A stretch of DNA of 64,000 nucleotides from Eledone cirrhosa (GCA_964016885.1 OZ024742.1:304420001-304484000), one strand, 5' to 3'; positions 46,931 through 63,300 are shown, numbered from the stretch's first letter. A program made the numbers and translations. Notes: generated from the sequence alone by a model not told the origin.

Positions 46931-47513
46931 CTAGGGCGTATAAAATACCCGAGATCCATGGACGAGTTCTCTCCAGCGGTCTCTGTCCCTCATTATCCAT
47001 GCAATGTCCTGCGTCTCCAACAGACCAGTGTCTGTCCTTAGGGCATCAACATACGTTAACCTTGGTCTTCCTTTTCCAGCGTGTCCATGTAGGGGCTCCG
47101 ACAGGAGCACTGAGTGCAATGTCAACTCTGGATGTCGGTGATCATGTCCAGCTAAACTCAGTCTCCTCTGTGTCACTTTTGAGCTGACTTTTGGGAGGCT
47201 CCCATACAGCTCTGAGTTTTTCCTCCTCAGTATATACTGATTAATATTGAGAGCCATCCTCCACATTCTCGTGTAGCACCCATCCACCATCTGAGTTAGT
47301 TTCTTGGTCAGTGTCCAAGTCTCAGACCCGTACAGCAGCACAGACTCCACTACAGCAATGAAAAGGCGGATTTTCAGGTCTTTATGAAAGTCCGACTTCC
47401 ACACCGAACACAAGCTGTGTCACGCCGCCCAGGCTTTGCTCTTCCTCTCAACCACATCATCTTCCGTATTCCCAATCTTTGGTCCCAAATACAGGAAGTC
47501 CTCAACCAATTCT
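46931..47513 (-). mobile_element. RTE-type LINE, 5'-truncated 3' fragment (end of RT and C-terminal domain)
   Basis: Translation ELVEDFLYLG...KAWAA*HSLCSVWKS...KIRLFIAVVESVLLYGSETWTLTKK...RLSLAGH...[11 protein letters not shown]...[10 protein letters not shown] carries the YLG, LLYGSETW, GH and GRP motifs of RTE-like ORFs; one in-frame stop. Bounded by (TA)n on both sides. Confidence 0.9.
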
Positions 47514-47521
47514 AGCGGCTA

Positions 47522-47626
<105 letters not shown>

Positions 47627-48109
47627 ATAATGCAAGATTATAGGAGCGATACGTAATTTTATATTATCTGTGTGAATGGAGTTTGACTAAATTATTTCAA
47701 TATTAAAGTTATGCAAACTTCGAATTTCAGTTCGTTCTCTCTTAAAACACACAGAAATCTCGCCCTTGCACAGGCAGGGAAATACATAAATGAATGGGCA
47801 TCGAAGATATATCTGGTGTATGTATATATCCCATAATATGGAGATATATATGTGTGTGTATTTGTGTGTGTATATTTGTGTGTGTATATATATATATAGG
47901 AACATGTATGACCCCGTCGGCAGAGCTCAAGCCGTTTCGACGGCTATTTCTGGACTCTGGTGCGTTATGGTCCATCTGGTTCCTTACCACAGCTCCTTCG
48001 TTCAAATCTCGCCGAGGTTTACTTTGCCTTTTATCCTTACGGGGTCGATAAAATAAAGTACCAGTAATGCACTGGATAATTGCTGGCCTTGTGCCTAAAG
48101 TAGAAACAG

Positions 48110-48190
<81 letters not shown>

Positions 48191-48195
48191 TATAT

Positions 48196-48285
<90 letters not shown>

Positions 48286-48353
48286 AAAAACAGATGAAAT
48301 CGAAAATGCAACTGGAGTCTTATTTTTAAAAATATATATATATTTATTTGGTT

Positions 48354-48391
48354 CCTTTACCGGTTTCGCAGTTCTTCTGCTTTTCAAAAGG
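48354..48391 (-). ncRNA. Minimal type I hammerhead ribozyme, U3-A8 core variant
   Basis: Exact reverse complement of 48445-48482. Confidence 0.72.
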
Positions 48392-48444
48392 TGAGTTGAG
48401 ATAGAGGGATGTGAGAAAAACCACAGACCCTCCATCTCAACTCA

Positions 48445-48482
48445 CCTTTTGAAAAGCAGAAGAACTGCGAAACCGGTAAAGG
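48445..48482 (+). ncRNA. Minimal type I hammerhead ribozyme, U3-A8 core variant
   Basis: CCTT-TTGAAAA-GCAG-aagaa-CTGC-GAAA-CCGG-TA-AAGG: helix I CCTT/AAGG, helix II GCAG/CTGC, palindromic ACCGGT helix III/loop, GUA cleavage triplet. Confidence 0.75.
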
Positions 48483-49181
48483 AACCAAATAAATATATAT
48501 ATTTTTTTATAAATAAGACTCCAGTTGCATTTTCGATTTCATCTGTTTTTCTTTATACTTTCACTCGTGTAGGACACCTCGGTTATTTTTCACTTGTAAA
48601 AAAAACCTCACTTTCTAATATATATATATATATACACACACACAAATTCAGACGGCCAGAGAAAGAAAGAAGGAAAGAAGAGAGGTAAATAGATTGACAG
48701 ATGAGTTGAATCTTTGTAGAAGTCACTTACTTTTCTTATAAACATCTAATACATGTAGCAATGTCTGTTAGGTTGAATGTGAATGCTGTCACATCTTAGC
48801 TTGTGTTTATATATCCATATGCTTGCTTCACCATTATCTCGTATAGTTCGTACGTATGCTTGAGAACATTACTATATATTTGTTTGTTAACAACTTTTTA
48901 CCATTTTAATTATTGTGGACGTCCTTCTAGTTTATGTTATCTGACCATAGCTTACATATCAAGTAATATTTGATATGTAGTCATCTCACCCAAAATCTCT
49001 ATAAATAATAGTTGAAAAAGTCTGGTAAATATCCCCCGGGGACGGAAACACTAGATAGTGTAGTTAGTCGTTTCGTAATTGGCGCTTCTGTCCACTTTTC
49101 CACCTCCGAATTTAGATTACCTGATTTTCAAAGCAATTATTTATAGTGAGTGACTATTGTTATAAAGTCAAATGGTTAACG

Positions 49182-49229
<48 letters not shown>

Positions 49230-49466
49230 TATACTTTAAAAACTGTATACATAAATGTATAAAATATATGTATACATGAATGTATATTCCCATTTAAATA
49301 TATATATTTAAACCATTCTACAGAATCTCACTTCAGGCGTAACACATATAAATACTCGTTTAACCTCTTCATAAATCATCCAGACATATCATCTAACTAA
49401 TTATTTTCCTTGTTTCTTTCTGTTTAGTAGGAAACAGTGTGTGTGTTTGTGTCTGTTTGTGTGTGG

Positions 49467-49548
<82 letters not shown>

Positions 49549-49601
49549 ATTTATCTATAACGCAATAAGTTTAAACAGTTTAAATTATCCTTGTGCGCCT
49601 G

Positions 49602-49636
<35 letters not shown>

Positions 49637-50446
49637 TATATAACTGTGTGTGTGAGAGTGTTTCTGTGTGTGTGGTGACAACACATATTCGATTTATCTC
49701 TTAGACACACAAGCACATAACTTTATTCCAATCCATTAATGATGAAGCGTACACACACAAAACCAAGATTCTGGCACACTTATAAAGTGTCACATTCTCA
49801 CATCAAATAAACATATATATATTTAGTCACACTCTCACACTAAATAAACACACACATATTTAGTCACGATCACAACCACCAATACTGACATCCGTATGCA
49901 TCCTTAACTTGTAGAGTAAACTACTGTTACTATTTAAAATTAATATATGACACATCATCCCATTAAATGACACATCATCCCATTAAATAAGAATTAATTA
50001 ATTTATTTATTCATTTTATGTTATCTATTTATTCATGTATCAGAAAAATATCCAAAACAGCGTTCTTTTTACCACTATGCTTAACACTAAAACCACCTGT
50101 AAAAAGCTACAAAAAAGATTCATTGATTCAAATAATTACACTATATTTACTAGTGGATATTGTAAAAGTTTGTAGTTAATTGTTTAACGTGATGCCATCA
50201 TAGGTATGTTTTTTTAATTTTCAAGGATGTCTTTCAAATTCGGTTTTATGTGGTATAGGACCTTAAATGTTAAACATATAAGGCTAATAACATTCCGTTT
50301 TGTATATCATTGATATATCTAAATTCATAAATATACATATATACAAATACATATATACCTACATACAAATACATGTGAGTCTGCGTTCAAGTTTTTGTTT
50401 GTATACAGAGACACACACGCATACAAGTACATGCGAGCACGCTTAC

Positions 50447-50519
<73 letters not shown>

Positions 50520-50775
50520 CAATGCCAATAAAATTATATATACAAGAATGGGTAAGATGAAGCTAAAGTTCCAAACAACCATATATTCATGTGTGTATGC
50601 ACACATGTGTATGTGTGTATGCACACATGTGTATGTGTGAAAAAATAGAAATAACATGAAAGGTGTGCGTGCAACATGGATAAACAGAGAGGGAAAAAGA
50701 GGGAGATACTTATAAATGTGAGGAGATATAAGTTTATATATTAGAAATGTAGGACCTCCCACGGAATCATTATTA

Positions 50776-50945
50776 TTGGATTGGCAGTATCGGTAGATGG
50801 TCGGACGCCATGCTTTGACGCATAGAGTTACGGCCCTTGCCATTCTGAGTTCAAATCCTGCCGAGGTTAACTTTGCCTTTCATCCTTACAAGGTCGATAA
50901 AATAAAGTATAATTGCTGGCCTTGTGCCAAAAGTAGAAACTATTA
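50776..50945 (+). mobile_element. SINE family A copy
   Basis: Consensus match. Additional plus copies or fragments at 1121-1180, 25738-25812, 47998-48112, 52312-52495, 58666-58770 and 63700-63850. Confidence 0.8.
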
Positions 50946-52109
50946 TTATTGTTGCTTAACTCCAGACCCGCCTTTCACATGCAATCATACGTTCTAAGAT
51001 GTCAGATCCGTGACCACCACCCCTCTTTGTATATCGTAGAATATGTTTTCCACTGTGGCTCTCCATTTCCTGTGCTTTCACGGTGAAAATTCAGGGAAAT
51101 TATGCTATATCCAACTAGCAGTAGAATTTCTTCTTTCCTATATATATATTTATATATTTATATATATATAAAAAACGTCGCAAAACACAAAAAAAATATG
51201 TATATATATATATATATAATGATCAGCAAACACCATTTTTTTTATATCGTTGGTTATGTAAGAAAGTTAAGATTTTTTATGTTAATAATGTAATGAAACT
51301 AGTATAATTTCTTCTTTTATTACATATCACGGAATGAATCTTTTATAACTTAAGTAAGACAATGTGAAATATTTTCATTAGAAAGTGGTTTCTGATTTAT
51401 AAATTCGGACAACTTTTGCAAGAATTTTTTACGTTTTATTTTTTAAATTCATTCTTACCGTGTATCTATTGCTCATCTTGTATTCATTATATTCCCATCA
51501 AATTAAACTACTAAACCCTCATCGTTATCATGTCCATAGCACGATTTTCAATCACGACCTCCACATTTCACAGCCGTGACATTCAAACAGCTACTAATAT
51601 AAAAATGAAGTTCGCACCATCATACACTTAATAGTTTCCCGCCTCTCTCTATCTCTCTCTTTACACGCCCCTCATACCCCCTCTCTCTCTCTCTCCCTCT
51701 TTCGCTCTCTCTTTCTCTCACACATATTCTCTCATTCACTCACAACACTCCCAGTGTCGTTCACTTTCTTTGTTTACATGAATATGTGTGGGTGTGTTCC
51801 ATATACGTCGATGCACAATAATAATCACGCACACGTATATACACACATAAGATCACACATATATGTATGTAAATACATATGTATTATGTACGTACAATTT
51901 TATAAACATAAAAGTATAGATAGATAGGTATTATACATGAGTGAAAGTATGCGTAATATATTTAAGGATTGGTGCTTTTAAACGAGAGAGAAATCAATAC
52001 ATTGGTGGAGTACTCAGGCAGTCACACACACACACACACACATATGTACATACATATAATACACACACATACACACACATCTATATGTATGAATGCATGT
52101 GTGTGTGTG

Positions 52110-52162
<53 letters not shown>

Positions 52163-52672
52163 TAAAGGAGTACAACATGCAATTCATAAAAGTGTGTAAA
52201 GCGGTATCATATGAGGGTGGCTGAGAAATATCCAACATTATTAAAGCACACAGAGAGAAAAGCAAAGAGAAATACTTCTTGTACTTTTAGTAGTTGACGT
52301 TAACGTTCATTATTGGCAGTATCGGTAGATGGTCAGACGCCATGCTTTGCAGCATAGAGTTACAGCCCTTTACGGTTTGAGTTCAGATCCCGCTAAGGTT
52401 AAGATTGCCTTTCAACTTTACGGGTTCGTTAAAATAAAGCACCAGTAATGCACTGAGATAATTGCTGGCCTTGTGGCAAAAGAATAAACAATTATTTACA
52501 AACACACACACACACATATATATAGAGAGAGGGACGTATGTCGTTGTAGGCTGAGAGAAAGGAGTGCTCAATAATGAAGTGGAGTTTTAATTTTCGTTTG
52601 TATTAAGGCTGAAAAATGAGCATTGTTACTCTGCAGTTTCGCCCGTTTATTACAGGGTCAACAGTGAAGATG

Positions 52673-52724
52673 TTCTTGTCTGATGACCCTGTGATAGTCG
52701 GACGAAACTCAGGAGTAACAAGAG
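52673..52724 (+). ncRNA. Type I hammerhead ribozyme motif in a fold-back element (52602-52742)
   Basis: TTCTTGT-CTGATGA-ccctgtgatagtcggac-GAAA-CTCagGAG-TA-ACAAGAG: 7-bp helix I, canonical core, short helix III, GUA site; helix II is imperfect. A diverged inverted copy lies at 52602-52664. Confidence 0.65.
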
Positions 52725-53265
52725 TCAATCGTTAGCCTTAATGTAAAAGAATATGTATATATATATATATATATAACAAATATATATATACCAAATATAT
52801 ATATACCTTGTCTTTCCCATCTTCAAAGTCGAGGGCCGGGTCCCCGAACATTTATACCAATGATCATAAATATGATGTCGTATATCAACGGGTCTGATCG
52901 ATGAAAATGAAACGTCGTAAAGAATCGAATGATCGTCCCATCATTACTTGAAAGCAGGCAACTGATCCTTTGTTAAGTGTAAAGGACGCTGGAAATGTAA
53001 CCAAGGACTCAAATCCATTAGGGTTTTGAAATCAGATTTATTCTTTATCTGGACAGATTATAAACCATGAGTAACGATGTCTGAAATTACAGATGTCCGT
53101 TGGTTAACCCTAATCTCTCCGGCCTTTCAGGTGTTTTATCATCACCGAACAGAGGGTCAAAATATAAACATAACCGCATAGTAATCTTTGTGGGATTGCC
53201 GACGGTCAGCTTATGTGACAGTTTATACAGGGATACATGTAGTGCCAGACAGTGATATGCTATAT

Positions 53266-53318
<53 letters not shown>

Positions 53319-53572
53319 TATATATATATGTGTTTCTGTGTGTGGTTTGTGTATTGTGTGGGTGTGGGTGTGTGCGTGGGTGAGTGTGGGTGTGTCAACA
53401 ACACAATACGAAGGTTTGATTTCTCACCAAATTCAAATACGCAATAACATCAAGTGCGCTTTACTTATAACAAAATGGATTTCCTAATCACAGTCACGGT
53501 TATCAATTAGAAAACTTACAAAACATATATGTATGTATATACATGTATATACATATATATGTGTATATATAA

Positions 53573-53607
<35 letters not shown>

Positions 53608-53637
53608 TACATATATATATATATATAAATATATATA

Positions 53638-53678
<41 letters not shown>

Positions 53679-53693
53679 ATGAAAGTAAATATT

Positions 53694-53763
<70 letters not shown>

Positions 53764-53830
53764 AATATTTATCTATGTATATATATAAATATATACATAT
53801 ATATATATATATATATATTTTATATATATA

Positions 53831-53880
<50 letters not shown>

Positions 53881-53892
53881 GCATATGTTTAC

Positions 53893-54050
53893 ACATGGAC
53901 AACTGGAAGTGGAAGACCAAGGTTAACGTATGTTGATGCCCTAAGGACAAACACTGGTCTGTTGGAGATGCAGGACATGGCAGCGATAATGAGGGGCAGA
54001 GAACGCTGGAGAGAACTCGTCCATGGATCTCGGGAATTTTACCCGCCCTA
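53893..54050 (+). mobile_element. Short 3' fragment of the same RTE-type LINE
   Basis: High identity to the reverse complement of 46931-47090; also embedded in (TA)n. Confidence 0.85.
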
Positions 54051-54128
54051 TATAGATAGATACATATATATATATTTACACACACACATATATATACAAA
54101 TACATACATATATATGTGTATAAATAAA

Positions 54129-54191
<63 letters not shown>

Positions 54192-54414
54192 GTATTTATG
54201 TATATTTATAAATATATATATACACAACAAATATATATATATATTTATATATATATATATATAATATATATATATTTATATATGTATATATAAATATAAA
54301 CATATATATATATATGTATGTGTATATGCATGTATATATATATATATATGTGTATGTATATCTATATATATATTTATATATAATATATATATATTTATAT
54401 ATGTATATATACAC

Positions 54415-54461
<47 letters not shown>

Positions 54462-54557
54462 CATACATATATGTTTTGTAAGTTGTTTCCTACCCGGGTT
54501 CAATCGGGGGTAACTACAGTATTAAAGGTACTGACTTATGTTATTATATACACACAG

Positions 54558-54681
<124 letters not shown>

Positions 54682-54700
54682 ATATACACATATATGTATT

Positions 54701-54782
<82 letters not shown>

Positions 54783-54785
54783 GGT

Positions 54786-55452
<667 letters not shown>

Positions 55453-55487
55453 TGTGTCTATGTCGATAGAAAAATAGATAGTTAGAG

Positions 55488-55600
55488 ATAGAAATGGCTT
55501 CTACAGGACTAGAATTGTTTCATTGGGAGGAAATCATCATGTCTTTCCTGGTGATTCCCTCCGAATGAAACAGTTCTAGTCCTGTAGAAGCCATTTCTAT
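55488..55600. mobile_element. Palindromic element family 3 with hammerhead-like core (other copies 27212-27347 and partial 58276-58320)
   Basis: ATAGAAATGGCTTCTACAGGACTAGAA...TTCTAGTCCTGTAGAAGCCATTTCTAT hairpin. Arms read CTG(A/G)TGA-ttc..gaat-GAAAC-agttcta-GTC. Confidence 0.65.
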
Positions 55601-55616
55601 ATTAAATATATATTTT

Positions 55617-55654
<38 letters not shown>

Positions 55655-55736
55655 CATACATGTATGTATGTATATATATATTTGTGTGTGTGTGTGTGTA
55701 CCTATGTATATATATAATTATATATATGTATATATA

Positions 55737-55831
<95 letters not shown>

Positions 55832-56689
55832 AGACATATACATACATGTATATTTATGTGTATAGATATATGTCTATATACATAATATATATATATATAT
55901 ACTGTATATATATATATATATATGTTTGTAGGTATATATATGTTTGCATGTAGATAAATGCATATATATATTTATACATTCACACACACATACACATAAA
56001 CACACACATATATATATATATAACCGTTGTTTCTGTCGGTCACAGTTGCATTTGTTTGATCATTTGAACACCCTGCTGGGTTTTTAGCTAGAATATTCAG
56101 TCTGGCTCCATATATGGCTATTAAGGGGATCCTTCTATTACAGGCGCAACTCAATTCTTCCCAGTTAGTGGACAGGAACAACTTGAAAGAAAATATCTTG
56201 CTGAAGTACACAATACGCGGTGAGGGACATCGACCCCATGTGTAGAACGTTTTGATTAGAAAACTCTAAACAGTAAAATCCGTGCGTCCTTATAAATTTA
56301 TGTGCACATCTCATTCCCATATGTACATAAGTGTATGTATATATATATATATATATGTGCGTGCGTGTGTTTGTGTGTGTGGTTGTGTGTGTTGCTCTGA
56401 GTGTGCTTGTGTGTGTGTGTGTGTGTGTCTTGTATACGTGGGCCTGTGTGAGTGTAGAACAGTGTGTGAGTGCCCATATGAATATATACGTATATATTAC
56501 TTTATTTATTATTTTACATGCAGATAGAACTACGGCACACCCCCTTCATCAGCTGGCTACAGAAAATTCCAAAGATTTCATCTTCAGGCGGAACCGCTCC
56601 CTCCAGTGGTGTAAAAGAGCCTTGATGCTGCCAAAGAAAGACTGTTTCTTTTGTCCACATCATAGTACGATTTTTTTTACCTCCTTTCA

Positions 56690-56762
<73 letters not shown>

Positions 56763-56862
56763 GCATATATATATATATATGATATATATGATATATATGC
56801 ATATTTATTTATTTATTTATTTGCGTTCCAGCCGAGCGGCTGTGGCCATATACACGCACACG

Positions 56863-56894
<32 letters not shown>

Positions 56895-57327
56895 CATACA
56901 CACATAGATACAAACACACAGACACAAACACTGACTCACATAAATATATATATACATATAAATATGTATATATATATATATATATGCACACATAAGTACT
57001 CGAGTTTGTATATATTTCATATCCTATTGAAGCATTAAACATTTTATAAATGAACACGCATGTCTTTTAATTTCCAAAGGTCTGTGTATATATTTCTGTG
57101 GGTTTCGGTGTGGGTGTGTATATGCAGGTCATTATGTGTGTATCTATATGCTTGTGTTTTATTAAAATTGAAAATCATGTAACCAAGATTATGCTAGTGC
57201 GTCAAATTATGCCCTGTTTGAAGCGCGTACTGGGCTCAACTTTCGTGGGTGCTGGACCACATTTGCTCACCATACGGATTTATAGGCAAAGTTATAAACT
57301 ATTGTAAATAAATAATTATTGTACCAC

Positions 57328-57420
<93 letters not shown>

Positions 57421-58071
57421 TATATATGTACATATAAACACACATGTATATGGATATATAAATATGATTATTGCTGTGTGACTATGGAATTTAAATCATA
57501 CCCGCGTGGTTTACGTTTAGTCTTCCGCCCCATATATATATATATATGTAAATATATGTGTGTGTATTTATATATGTATATATACATATATGTATGTGAA
57601 TGCGTATATATATAGAGAGAGTGAGAAACAGAGAGAGTGAGGTAGATTGATAGATATTTGTGTGTATGTATGTGGGTCCTTGTCCGTGTTAATGACACAT
57701 AACTTAGTGCTGCACAACAAATTGACATGACAACTACTTGATATGAAATGCAACCAGTACTGGGGTCGCTATCGACAATAATAACAACTGTACCCCATCT
57801 TAAGACTGAAATCAGTATTGAAAAATACTAGAATATTCCTTTCGATGTGTATGTATGTGTAGTTGTGTTTGTGTTTGTGCATGTGTATGCATATGCATAT
57901 GTGTGCATCTGGGTGTGTATGCGCAGAGAGAGAAAGAGAGAAACGGTGAGTGACAAAGAGCTTGACTGAATGTATGTGAGAGAGAAAGGAGGGGGGAGGC
58001 GAATCTACATAGCTTTTACAGAAATAATTATCGGTATATATACATTTGAATGTATGGGCGTGTGTTTATAT

Positions 58072-58148
58072 CAGGCATGGACAACCGTTTTCGAGCAGTG
58101 GGCTGCGTAGGGTAAGACTCTTCCTAAGTCGGGCCGCAGTTTGCCCAT
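58072..58148. mobile_element. Short hAT-like MITE remnant
   Basis: caggcatggacaac ... gggccgcagtttgcccat: imperfect TIR pair with GGGCCGC subterminal motifs typical of Charlie-type hAT ends; right end truncated by (TA)n. Confidence 0.45.
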
Positions 58149-58974
58149 ATATATATATATATAAGAATAGTTTATATATATATATACCCTTCACACACAC
58201 ATACACACACACACACACACATATATATAGATATAGATATAGATATATATATAGAGAGAGAGAGAAGGGGGTGACTTCTATAGGACTAGAACTATTTCAT
58301 TCCTATGAAATCATCAGAAATACCTATACCCTACCAATGTATTGAGTACCTTTTTTAACCGACATACCACGAGAATCTACATATTATTTACATATGGGTG
58401 TCTCTGTCTATATGCGTGTGTGCCTTTGTGAGTGTACACAGTGAAAAGCTATTTAATGGGAATACGTCAGTTTTAAAGTTGTATCTTTTTTTCCAAGACC
58501 TGAATTCCTTGTTGTTTGATTCGCAAATCAATCATCAACTTTTTCAGACCTTCATAGTCCTATCTGTTTCTTGAAATTGTTTAGGCTTGTCTTATATCCA
58601 CTTTATAGTAGGCAGGGCCGATGTGATTATTGTAGACATTACTGCCTTATTATATGTATTATATGTCCCGCCGAGGTTGACTTTGCCTTTCATCCTTACG
58701 GGGTCGATAAAATAAAGTACCAGTAATGCACTGGATAATTGCTGGCCTTGTGCCTAAAGTAGAAACAATTATATGTATTATATGTGTGTCTATTTCAGTG
58801 ATGTGCAATTTTGAGTTCATACCTATTCGAGAGAAACGTTGCCTTTTCTCCTTTCATGGTCGATATAATAAAGTACCACTTAAATATTGGCGTCGGTATA
58901 ATCGACTTTTCCACTATAATCTGGTTTTGTACCACAAGCATTTCTGAAATATCTCTATGGTAGTACGTTTAATA

Positions 58975-59160
58975 ATGATTTCTACTACAGGCACAAGGCC
59001 AGCAATTACCCTAGTGCATTACTAGTGCTTTATTTTATCGATCCCGCAAGGATGAAAGGCAAAGTTAACCACAGCTGGATTTGAACTCAGAACATAAAGG
59101 GCCATAACTCTATGCTGCAAAGCATAGTGTCTGACGGTCTGCCGATACTGCCAATCCACC
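58975..59160 (-). mobile_element. SINE family A, near full-length copy
   Basis: Consensus match ending gccgatactgccaatccacc. Confidence 0.82.
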
Positions 59161-59721
59161 ATAAGAATAATTTACATATAGAATAATTTACATTTGTAAA
59201 CAATATCTGTGTGTTTACTAAGGTTTTCTTGTCTAATGTTGTTTTCTCTTGTGTGATGTTAGTGTTAATTGTTCCATGCCGTAATGGGTGGTTCAGTCTA
59301 CGATTTGGTTTGTCAAACGTTCGATACCATCCTTTGTTTGTCAAAACGCAAATTGTTTTTCGCCAGAGTTTATAATTTGGAAAAAAATACGATAAACATA
59401 ATACACCCAATATGAAACAAAAATAAACAAATTAGACTGAGGTGCATGTTAACCTAATACGAAATGTATAGGTTTGTGTTGAACCTATATTAATGTCGTA
59501 TCGGATAAATACTCCTTATTGTGCATGCACGCTTGTGTAGTTCCTTTCCCGTTGCTTCTTTTTATTTTGAGGGGTTGGTAGTAGGACTAATTTATATGTT
59601 TTAAATAGCCATACATCACGTCTGAGTCATTAAAATTATAATGTCAGTAAGTCTCGTTGTGTCAATTTGATCCTAAATAACCTCTTCTTTGTGATACACA
59701 ACAGTAAACAAGCCTTGAACG

Positions 59722-59775
<54 letters not shown>

Positions 59776-59845
59776 ATATAAACATATATATATATATATA
59801 TATATGGCTCTGTCTAGTTTATATGTATGTAAACTTATAAATTTA

Positions 59846-59907
<62 letters not shown>

Positions 59908-60265
59908 ATATGTATGTAGGTATATACGTATATCCATTCTTTGTCGATCGACGATCACTCAATAGCTAGTAATATCCACTAGCTTTCTTCTGTCAACACA
60001 CTATCACCGACATATTTTCTCCTAGAAATACGTCTTGCGCACGTGACTATGAAATGTAGTCGTTCACTTAGTGCTTTCATTTTCGACATATTGGTTTGAT
60101 TTTCTAATTAATCTATGTGTACATTATTTGGCCGTATGCTACTAAACTTAGAAATATAGCTTATTGAAACGATTGCAAAGACTACTCATATCTAACATTT
60201 GTGTACACAAAGCACACCCACAGACACGCACACGCACCTACACACATAGGAACTCAGACACACAT

Positions 60266-60338
<73 letters not shown>

Positions 60339-63300
60339 TGTGTGTGTGTATATATATATATAAGGAAGGAGTTGTGGTATGGAACCAGATGGACCATAAC
60401 GCACCAGAGTACTCAATACTTAGGGTAGTAGGGTCGTGGTCATACTTTCTCCTATTGTGTATAAACACCTGACACATCCACTAACAGTATTGGCAATTTT
60501 TCTTTTCTTTTATTTTCAAATCACAAGGATCCCTATTTATTTCAAAGATTATGTTACCTTTTTGTTACAAAACAGATGAGTGAAAACAGCCCTCTGTTTG
60601 AGAGAGTCTTAGACATGTAAGAAGAAAATATGTATGATAATCAAAATTAGAATACCACGGATCAAATATGTTTTGATACGATTTGATCTGAATTTATAAG
60701 CAACAACAAGAGCAACTTAGCGATAAATGGACACACATGTTTGGAAAACTTTGTCATGTTTCCAGCAAAAATCCTAATTGTAATGTTCATGCTCGTAGCC
60801 TTCATCGGTTCTGTATTTGTCTGACAACTATGTCAACTGCTGTCTCATTTGAAATTTGGTATACTTTGATAAAAAAATTGTTCTCTCATATGAAATTATG
60901 CATTATGTCTTAAGCATCAGGAATACTAGTACAATTTCAGAACAGCTTTGTAGAATAACATTAGTATGGTTATAATTACGGTCATTCAGACGTTATTATT
61001 CAAATTACTGGTTTGATAAGGATACAGGAGGTGAGTACTGAGCACAATCTTCAGATGGAATAGGAGGGTGGATTGAATGTATTTTTAAAGTGGAGACATT
61101 GTCTGAATGTTTGTAACAGAGTAGAGAGTTCTAAATACACCCAGATGTCAGTTGGTAGTGATAAACTGAGCGATGAAATAACTCGACCACTGAAGTAGGC
61201 CACAGAGTTATTTGAACTGAAGACATACAGAGCCGGAATAAATACAACAAAGCATCTTGTCCAGCACCTTGACAATTCCATTAAGCCACTGCCCCGGACA
61301 GTTGCATTATTTTACTGATCTCGAAAGAATAAAAAGCGAACTAGACCTATGCAAGATTTGAACTCAGAGCTTAAAGACCTGGTGAAATACTGCAGTGTAT
61401 TTTCACTTAGCCTCATACAATCAATAAGTATATTCTACTCGAATTTCTCTTTGCCTTTTATGAAAGACTCCTTATTATAAAGAGAGAGGTAACACGTGCC
61501 TTTTAACGTATTTCCCACAAAGCAGTGGATTGTTGAGATGACACACTTCTCTCTTCGTGAAGTATATCAAAATCATATTAAACTGGTGAAAGCGAAGAAT
61601 TTCTAAGGTGAATCAATATGAGCTCAGCACTGCAATTTCGACGAAATTCTTGTTCGTTTCAATGAACCTTTACTTTGATGAACGGCAACTTCTGATGTCA
61701 ATGCCTTACACCCAGATAGAGAACAGGACATCGAAGGAAGGTTTAATCCCTTTGCGACGTACTCAGTGCTTCAAAGTAGTATCGATAATAGGAGATCACT
61801 GACAGTTAGCAACATATCGATCCAACTTGCTTCAACCTTCAACTAAATGGCTATGATTTTCTTGTTGTTATTGATAATGATGAATGATAATGCTGCAAAT
61901 GTTGATGCTGTTTTGGTTGTTGTTTGTTTTCTTGTTGTTAATGCTGTTAATGTTTATTTACTATATTTTTTCTTTTACGTCTTCAGCCTAGTTAGTTATC
62001 AAGCTGTTCGATTTGTCCACCAGAAAAGGAACGTGTTCGATTGATGTGTTTCCCTTTTTTGTTTGATTTCTTTCTTTCGTGTTTTAACTACCGTTAACGC
62101 TCTGTTATTTGAATCAAGCTGTATCGAATGAAAACATAATGATTCAACTTTAATCTATTAGTGATTGCAGGCTGAATCAAAGTTTGGCCGATTAACGCAC
62201 ACATATATAGTACCTTATATTCCCTTACTGGTTGTGAACAACATTCTTAGATAAGTTACTAACCTTTTAATGGTTTAGTTTGTTTAGGTTTAAATAGATC
62301 AGGAGTTTCCTAATTGTGTGTCTCGATTCTTTTGATTGTCGTTGATAATCTCTTGATGTGTCGCGAAACTAAATCAAATTTTACGAATATTTGACCCCGA
62401 AATATATTTCAGCTATGTCAAATTTGTGTAAAATTAGCCTCGTCGTTTCTGAAAATTTTAATAAAATTTCATTGTTTGTTTATTAATTTCGTGTCACTAA
62501 CAATATGTATTCAATATGAAAGGTGCAGAATGTTCAGAAATTGAGGTGTTGATTATATAGATGGTTTGCTATTAAGAAACTGGGGAGTACATATTTAACG
62601 ATCGCAAGCCTAAGTATACATGTGCAAAAAGCAATAGAATGACATTTTTGCAATCAATATCACAGCAGATTTTCGAAAGGTTTCGAAGCACTCAGTCATT
62701 TACACAGCTTTGACGAGTCAGACAACTCAATATTCTACGTCTAAACCGACGGAAGAACCATCGTTTCATCCATCCATCTAATCTATGAACAAAATTTAAG
62801 GTTAGGACTTCGTTATGATTCATACTTATACCATCTCTAGAAAACAATCCACCGTGGAGGAAAAAGGAGAAATCACAATGAAATGCTCTATACATGTTTT
62901 GAATTATATCCTGTGAGTTATCTTAAAGCGTAGCTTAACACTACAATTAATTCAGTAAGCTAGGATGACAATCCGCAGTTAGAGTGAAAGTGTGGAGGTT
63001 ATTAAGTGTTGTCTAGAAGATACATCATTTTTACTGGTCATTCTACGATTGATTTAAGATAATAGCTAATAACTGTGTAAGTATTGATTTCTTGCAAAAG
63101 CACAAAGACACATATCTAAGAGAAACAAACAGAAACTGAATAATGTTCATTCCTTCCCTACAGGGTATTAGTTGCGTAGACAATGTTGAGTAAACTATTG
63201 TTGTTTGGGACCTGCTTGGAAATCTTCCACTAATACTTGCTGCCTTAAGCAGCATTTTGTGTCATTTTTTGTTAATGTTTTAGAGGTTTTGTTGCTTGAA

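Larger units (their letters stand above)
48282..48618 (+). mobile_element. Fold-back element family 1, copy C
   Basis: Inverted arm 48282-48408 and sense unit 48409-48618, embedded in (TA)n. Confidence 0.8.

Noticed and set aside
49005-49067. Possible second U3-A8 hammerhead (ttgaaaa...gaaacact-agat-agtgta)
   Set aside because: Helix III is good but helices I and II are not in register; single copy.
56524-56625. Candidate NOL4 exon 2 after an acceptor-like ttttacatgcag
   Set aside because: Phase-0 translation IELRHTPFISWLQKIPK...* has no NOL4 similarity and ends in a stop.
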